Source of the DNA: Balamuthia mandrillaris
Lineage: Eukaryota
Reading direction: 5' to 3'
Assembly: GCA_031835245.2 (NCBI GenBank)
Contig: JAVKOQ020000085.1
Coordinates: forward strand, 1-64,000
Length of the DNA stretch: 64,000 nt
Positions 59,593 through 64,000 of the stretch are shown here, piece by piece. How positions within the stretch are numbered: position 1 is the first letter of the stretch; the number at the start of each line of letters is the position of its first letter. A model generated the notes under the pieces. It did not search any database, was not told the DNA's origin, and saw nothing but the letters and a program-made list of their open reading frames with translations. Made by a program: the position numbers and the translations under genes.

Positions 59593-62110
59593 TTACTTCC
59601 TCCTCGGAGAATCTGGAGAGGAATAGGAGCGAGCTTCTGTTCTGGCCTTTGCGGAACTCCTTGGGGAGGGGCTTATCGCCTTTCTTCTTCTTTGTCGCGT
59701 CGTCGCGGTTCTTCGTGCCGCTCTTCTCTCCGGAGTTGTTGGCGATTGAAACATCGCTTCGTTCTCTTCTTCTTCTTCTTCTTCGTGCTCTTGTTGTTGT
59801 TGTTCCTGAAGAAGAGCTCTTTGTCGCCGTGCCTCCTCCTCTCGGCGAAGCATCTCTTCCGTCTTCAATTGTCGAAAGACCACCTCGTGCCACGTTTCCT
59901 CGCTGCCCTTCTCTCTCGCGCGAAAAGCTCTAACAAGAGAAGGCAGGCGGTAGAGCGTTACCACCAATAGCACTATAACGATAACGCATAACACGTCCAA
60001 TAGTCCTTTTGCTGCTGTTTCTTTGATTGCTTCTGATCTATTGGTTTTGGTGTTGTTGGTGAAAGAAAACCGGAAGAAGAAAAGACCAGGAAGAAGAGAG
60101 AAGACAAGAGACAGAAGAAAGAAGCTAGCATGTAACAAGATACAAACCTTTGAGAATTAAAAACGGAGGAACGAAGGCTGCGAAGCAAAGATGGTGCCCT
60201 CCAAAAGAATAACAGCATTACGACAATGCTCAAAAAGTCCAGCCATCCTTTTATTGCTGCTGCTTCTAATTCTCTTCCCCTTCGTTTGTTTGTTTGTTTG
60301 TTTGTTTGTTTGGTAAGTAAAAGAAAGAATGAATGAATGAACAAGAAGAAAGGAGTTACTTTTGGTCGTCGTTTTCAGCAGCGCGCAATAAACGGAAGGT
60401 GGTTGGTGCCCTCCAAAAGGTTAATACGAGCATAAGGGCCATCATTAAGTCCAGCCATCCTTTTGCCGCTGCTCTTATCACGGCTTCTCTCCTTTATTGT
60501 TATTTTTCGGTTGTTTGTATTTGAGAAGAAGAAGAAGAAGAACAAGAAGAAGAAGAAGAAGAAGAACAAGAACAAGAACAAGAACAAGAACAAGAACAAG
60601 AACAAGAACAAGAACAAGAACAAGAACAAGAACAAGAAGAAGAACAAGAACAAGAACAAGAACAAGAACAAGAACAAGAACAAGAACAAGAACAAGAACA
60701 AGAACAAGAACAAGAACAAGAACAAGAACAAGAACAAGAACAAGAACAAGAACAAGAACAAGAACAAGAACAAGAACTAGAACTAGAACTAGAACAAAAG
60801 CAACAAAAAATAAGTACCTAAAACAATCATTTACACCAGAGTGAATGTTTTTCATCATAGCAGGCGCCCTCCAAAACGAAAATACCACCACGAACAAGAA
60901 CAACGGCAAGTGGAGCCAATCCAAAAAGAGCCGTTCGCTCTGCTCACAAACGATGAGATGCCAAGGTTCTGCAGTGTAAGACACAGATGTATAGGGCCAT
61001 GACATATGTTGCTTGTTCCATAAATACCAGAAGAGACCCGGAAGTCTCCACCAACCGAGCAGAAAGTGGAGGAGGATGAAGAAGAAGCACTCGAGGTCGA
61101 GGAGGACGAAGTGCCATTGGCGTAGGAGGACGCCGTTCTTGGTACTGCGCATTCTAGATTCTTTTTCTTTGCGGTCGTAGAAGCTGTATTGCGTGTGGGC
61201 GGAAGAATAGTGAGATAAACAATGAATGAGAAAGCAAAAGAATACAGAAGAAAGAAGAGAAACAAGCAAAAATAGCAGAAGAAGGAAGAAGTACTCTTGT
61301 CGTGCACCTGCTCTCTCAACTTCTTTGAGAGAGCTCTTAGGTATTTCAACCTTAAATAGCGGCCGTTTCACCGTGGCTCCTTCTCCTTCCCTTGCTTTGG
61401 GAGAAGAGGTAACAACGTAGTTCTCCTCTTTTTCTTTTGCACGGAAGCGACGATCCACTGCTCTCAACCGAAGAAGCAACTGAACCCATCGCCACGGAAA
61501 GACCAACAACAGCGTAGCAAAGACCAGCCACAAAACGTCCTGCAAAAAGAAGTACAACAACAAAAGAGGCTAGCGAACACAATAACAGAATAAGAAAACA
61601 GAAATGAAGAAAGCTGCACGCGAGGAAAGAAACACGAGAAAGAAAGAAGCAAGAAAGAAAGTCAAAAAGAGAGAAACGAGAAGAAAAGAAAGAAGAAACA
61701 ACAAGAAACAGCGGAAGGTAAGACAAAGATACCTTCCATCTCCAATTTGGGTTGTTATCCTGCAAAGAGTATTTGAGCTCGCGATAGAGGCCCGGCAAGC
61801 AAACCAACGTCAACGCCGCCAACAGGATGCCCGGCAGAGCCAACACGTCGCACAGCAGCCAGCCCGTCTCGCGTAGGATGGCCCCTCTCCTCTCCACGTC
61901 CGTCTTGCTGCTCCGCAGCCGCGGCAGGAGGAAGGGCAGGCGCCAGGCGGTGACCGCCAACAGCAGGAGGAGCGGCAGGCAGGGCAGATCGAGGAGAAGC
62001 TGTTTGAAGAGGCCGATGACCACCTCGTGCCATCCTGTGGTGTAGGCAGCGTCGGACGCCGAGGCACCGGCCGGAGCAGAGTAGGGGTAACGGCTTGCCT
62101 TCCCTTTCAT
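59593..62110 (-). CDS. Multi-pass membrane protein made of repeated D-x(12-16 hydrophobic)-WR.P units
   Basis: About 8 related hydrophobic segments, e.g. LLLDLPCLPLLLLLAVTAWRLP, LLDLECFFFILLHFLLGWWRLP, FLDWLHLPLFLFVVVFSFWRAP, WLDFLSIVVMLLFFWRAP. Confidence 0.75.
60523..60796. repeat. (AAGAAC)n microsatellite, intronic
   Basis: Tandem hexamer array. Confidence 0.95.
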
Positions 62111-62223
62111 GTCGTTTGGTTTTTTGTTTTTTTTGTTTGCGTTACGTCGAAATTCTTCCTATAAAAAATTCATGTGTGTTACCGGTTTATTCTTGGGTAA
62201 AATTTCCATCTATCCTCGACTAA

Positions 62224-62295
62224 AGGCGCGTGGCCAAATGGAAAGGCGTCTGCCTACGGAGCAGAAGATTGTGGGTTCGATCCCCACCGTGCCTG
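62224..62295 (+). tRNA. tRNA-Arg(ACG)
   Basis: Acceptor stem AGGCGCG/CGTGCCT, A-box TGGCCAAATGG, anticodon arm TCTGC-CTACGGA-GCAGA, T-arm GTGGG-TTCGATC-CCCAC, followed by an oligo-T Pol III terminator. Confidence 0.97.
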
Positions 62296-62737
62296 ATTTC
62301 TTTTTTTTTTTTGGTTGAGCACAACAGTACGTTATTTGAGGGTTACATCTCAATAATGGTTTCGCTGGAGGGGTAGACTCATCTGATTGGACACTACAAA
62401 GCCTGTTTGCGAGGTGCAGAGGGCGGAATAGTTTCCAACGAATAAGGCATGCAAGGAAGGTTTGCGGATACACGAACAAGGGCATCCGTTCGGATGATGT
62501 TGCTTAACAGCTCATGCTGCGCAGGCGTAATCTCTTGAGGGGTTGTTGCGTTACTATTTTCATTCACACCGAACAACGAAACAATCTGCTGAAAATAAGG
62601 AAGACTTTTCGTTGGTCTTCTTCTTGTGGGCGTTTCTTCTTCTTGACGTTCGGTTTGTTCTTTCCTTCCAACTTACTTTTGGAACGACATACATATATAA
62701 TATACAAGCGCTTTCAAAAGAATTTAAGCAATTAAAC

Positions 62738-62932
62738 ATGTCCGACCAGAAGAAAGAACCTAAAACTCCTCCCCCGCCGGCCGCCAGTCACCCCATGCCT
62801 GCTTGTGGACTTTGTCCTCCTCCTCGTACCAATCCTACTCTACCTCTGCCTGCACAGCCAACGCGTCCTCCTCCACGCCCTGCTTGTGGCATTCAAATAT
62901 GTGCCCCACCCAAAAAAAACAACAGCAAATGA
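62738..62932 (+). CDS. Putative 64-aa Pro/Cys-rich microprotein
   Basis: aaacATG context, TATA-like ~62693-62704, two PACG..C.PP motifs. Confidence 0.5.
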   Translation: MSDQKKEPKTPPPPAASHPMPACGLCPPPRTNPTLPLPAQPTRPPPRPACGIQICAPPKKNNSK

Positions 62933-63065
62933 TTCTTCGTTTTCTTCATCTTCTTTGTCTTCTTCTGGGAGGATAACCACCAGCCCAACAGAATTGATCA
63001 GCTCTCTGTTCTTGCTAATGTTGTTATGTCTGTTGTTCAAAAAATATAGAGGATAAAAAAAGGCA

Positions 63066-64000
63066 TTAAAGTTGATAAAATATAGAAAACGGTTCTGGCG
63101 AGTTTGGAATAGGCGTGGTGCAGGAGGCACAGCTGCCCGCTGGTGGTGTTGCTCCCCCTGCCTCCTGCCCACCAACCATAAACGAAGCAGAGGACGAAGA
63201 AACAGAAGAGATCGAAGCTGAGGCAGACCTGAGCTGTTTGTTGATGATGTCCTCTATGGAGGAAGAGGTGATGCTCGTGTGTTGTTGTGAAAAGAAAAGA
63301 CGTTGAGGATTTTGATGGTTGAAGCCGGAGGAAGAAGGTGACGAAGAAGAAGAGGGAGGAGGAGATGATGAAGAAGGTGAAGAGGAAGAAGGATCTCTCG
63401 TTCCTCTGGAATGAGAAGATGGTAGCGACTGATTGTGGTTGGTGTCATTGTTGGTGGAGGAAGAAGTCATATCAGTTTCCAATGCCCCCTCTTTGCATGC
63501 ATGTTGTTGTGGAGCGGCTGAAGCTAAAGTTGAAGTGGAAGAAGATGTAGAAGCAGAGGAAGAGCAAGAGGAAGACGAGGAAGAGGTAGCAGCAGACATG
63601 GAAGAAAGTTGTGAGGGAAAGACAAATGAAGGAGAGGTTGGGCAAGAGCTTGTGGAGGAAGAAGTAGGAGAGGAGGAAAAAGAGGTCGATTGTTGCTGCA
63701 GATTGAGGGGAGAGGTTGAGATGGGGGAAGTGGACGAGGACGATACGACGTTTGGATTTGAAACGTTATTGCCCACTAAATCAGTTTGGGAGCTGTAATC
63801 ATCAGATTGAAGAATGCTTTCCAAATGACCATGATGATGTTGACGTTGGTGTCGTTGATCTTGGGATGATGAAGATGATGATTCTCCATCCCCTTCCCCA
63901 TCTTCCCCGTCTCCGTCTCTTTCCCCTTCTTGCTGGCGTTGTGGTTGCCAAGAAATGCTTGGAAGAGAATTGGAGCTGTTGCAGGACTTGGGTCGAATGA
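63066..64000 (-). CDS. 3' end of a Ser-rich low-complexity protein, truncated by the window edge
   Basis: The frame is open from the window end to a TAA at 63066. No recognisable domain. Confidence 0.6.
   Translation of the reverse strand, partial: IRPKSCNSSNSLPSISWQPQRQQEGERDGDGEDGEGDGESSSSSSQDQRHQRQHHHGHLESILQSDDYSSQTDLVGNNVSNPNVVSSSSTSPISTSPLNLQQQSTSFSSSPTSSSTSSCPTSPSFVFPSQLSSMSAATSSSSSSCSSSASTSSSTSTLASAAPQQHACKEGALETDMTSSSTNNDTNHNQSLPSSHSRGTRDPSSSSPSSSSPPPSSSSSPSSSGFNHQNPQRLFFSQQHTSITSSSIEDIINKQLRSASASISSVSSSSASFMVGGQEAGGATPPAGSCASCTTPIPNSPEPFSIFYQL

Noticed and set aside
62490..62535. TPP-riboswitch-like stem (CAGC-TCAT-GCTG-CGCAGG) and an RNase P CR-I-like GGAAGGTTTGCG nearby
   Set aside because: There is no upstream CTGAGA motif for a TPP riboswitch and no P4 partner for RNase P. 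Likely chance.
63100..63140. SCASCTT as a GATA zinc finger
   Set aside because: No TP.WR motif or second Cys pair before the stop codon.
1..64000. Prokaryotic features: operons, CRISPR arrays, defence systems, transposases
   Set aside because: The sequence is intron-rich eukaryotic DNA. I saw no repeat-spacer arrays, and no transposase, reverse transcriptase or integrase motifs.

Overview
This is gene-dense eukaryotic nuclear DNA, not prokaryotic. It has many short spliceosomal introns (often filled with pyrimidine-rich microsatellites), poly-S/E/Q low-complexity exons and very short intergenic spacers. The gene content and style suggest a free-living amoebozoan (Acanthamoeba/Balamuthia-like); that is inference only. 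Splicing exons by hand gives about 27 protein genes and one tRNA-Arg(ACG). The genes are: a PPR protein, a four-domain cysteine dioxygenase-like protein, mitochondrial Lon, a DENN protein, a GH92 alpha-1,2-mannosidase, a disrupted 2OG-Fe(II) oxygenase, a SPRTN-like protease, a penta-EF-hand protein, Mago nashi, APRT, a double-AAA ATPase, a CaMK-family kinase, a JmjC protein, a SNF2-RING helicase, a DEP-DUF547 protein, a thioredoxin-fold protein, an F-box/kelch protein, a Zn2Cys6 factor, a repeat membrane protein and several orphans. The most notable observations are: (1) one polypeptide of four tandem CDO-type domains, only one of which keeps the cross-link Cys; (2) two AT-AC minor-spliceosome (U12-type) introns; (3) a natural Walker-B E->Q substitution in an AAA ATPase; (4) two single-base frameshifts hiding coding sequence; (5) a SPRTN-like protein without its ZBD, a PIGBOS1-like microprotein and likely laterally acquired genes. 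All gene models are hand-spliced and no database searches were run.
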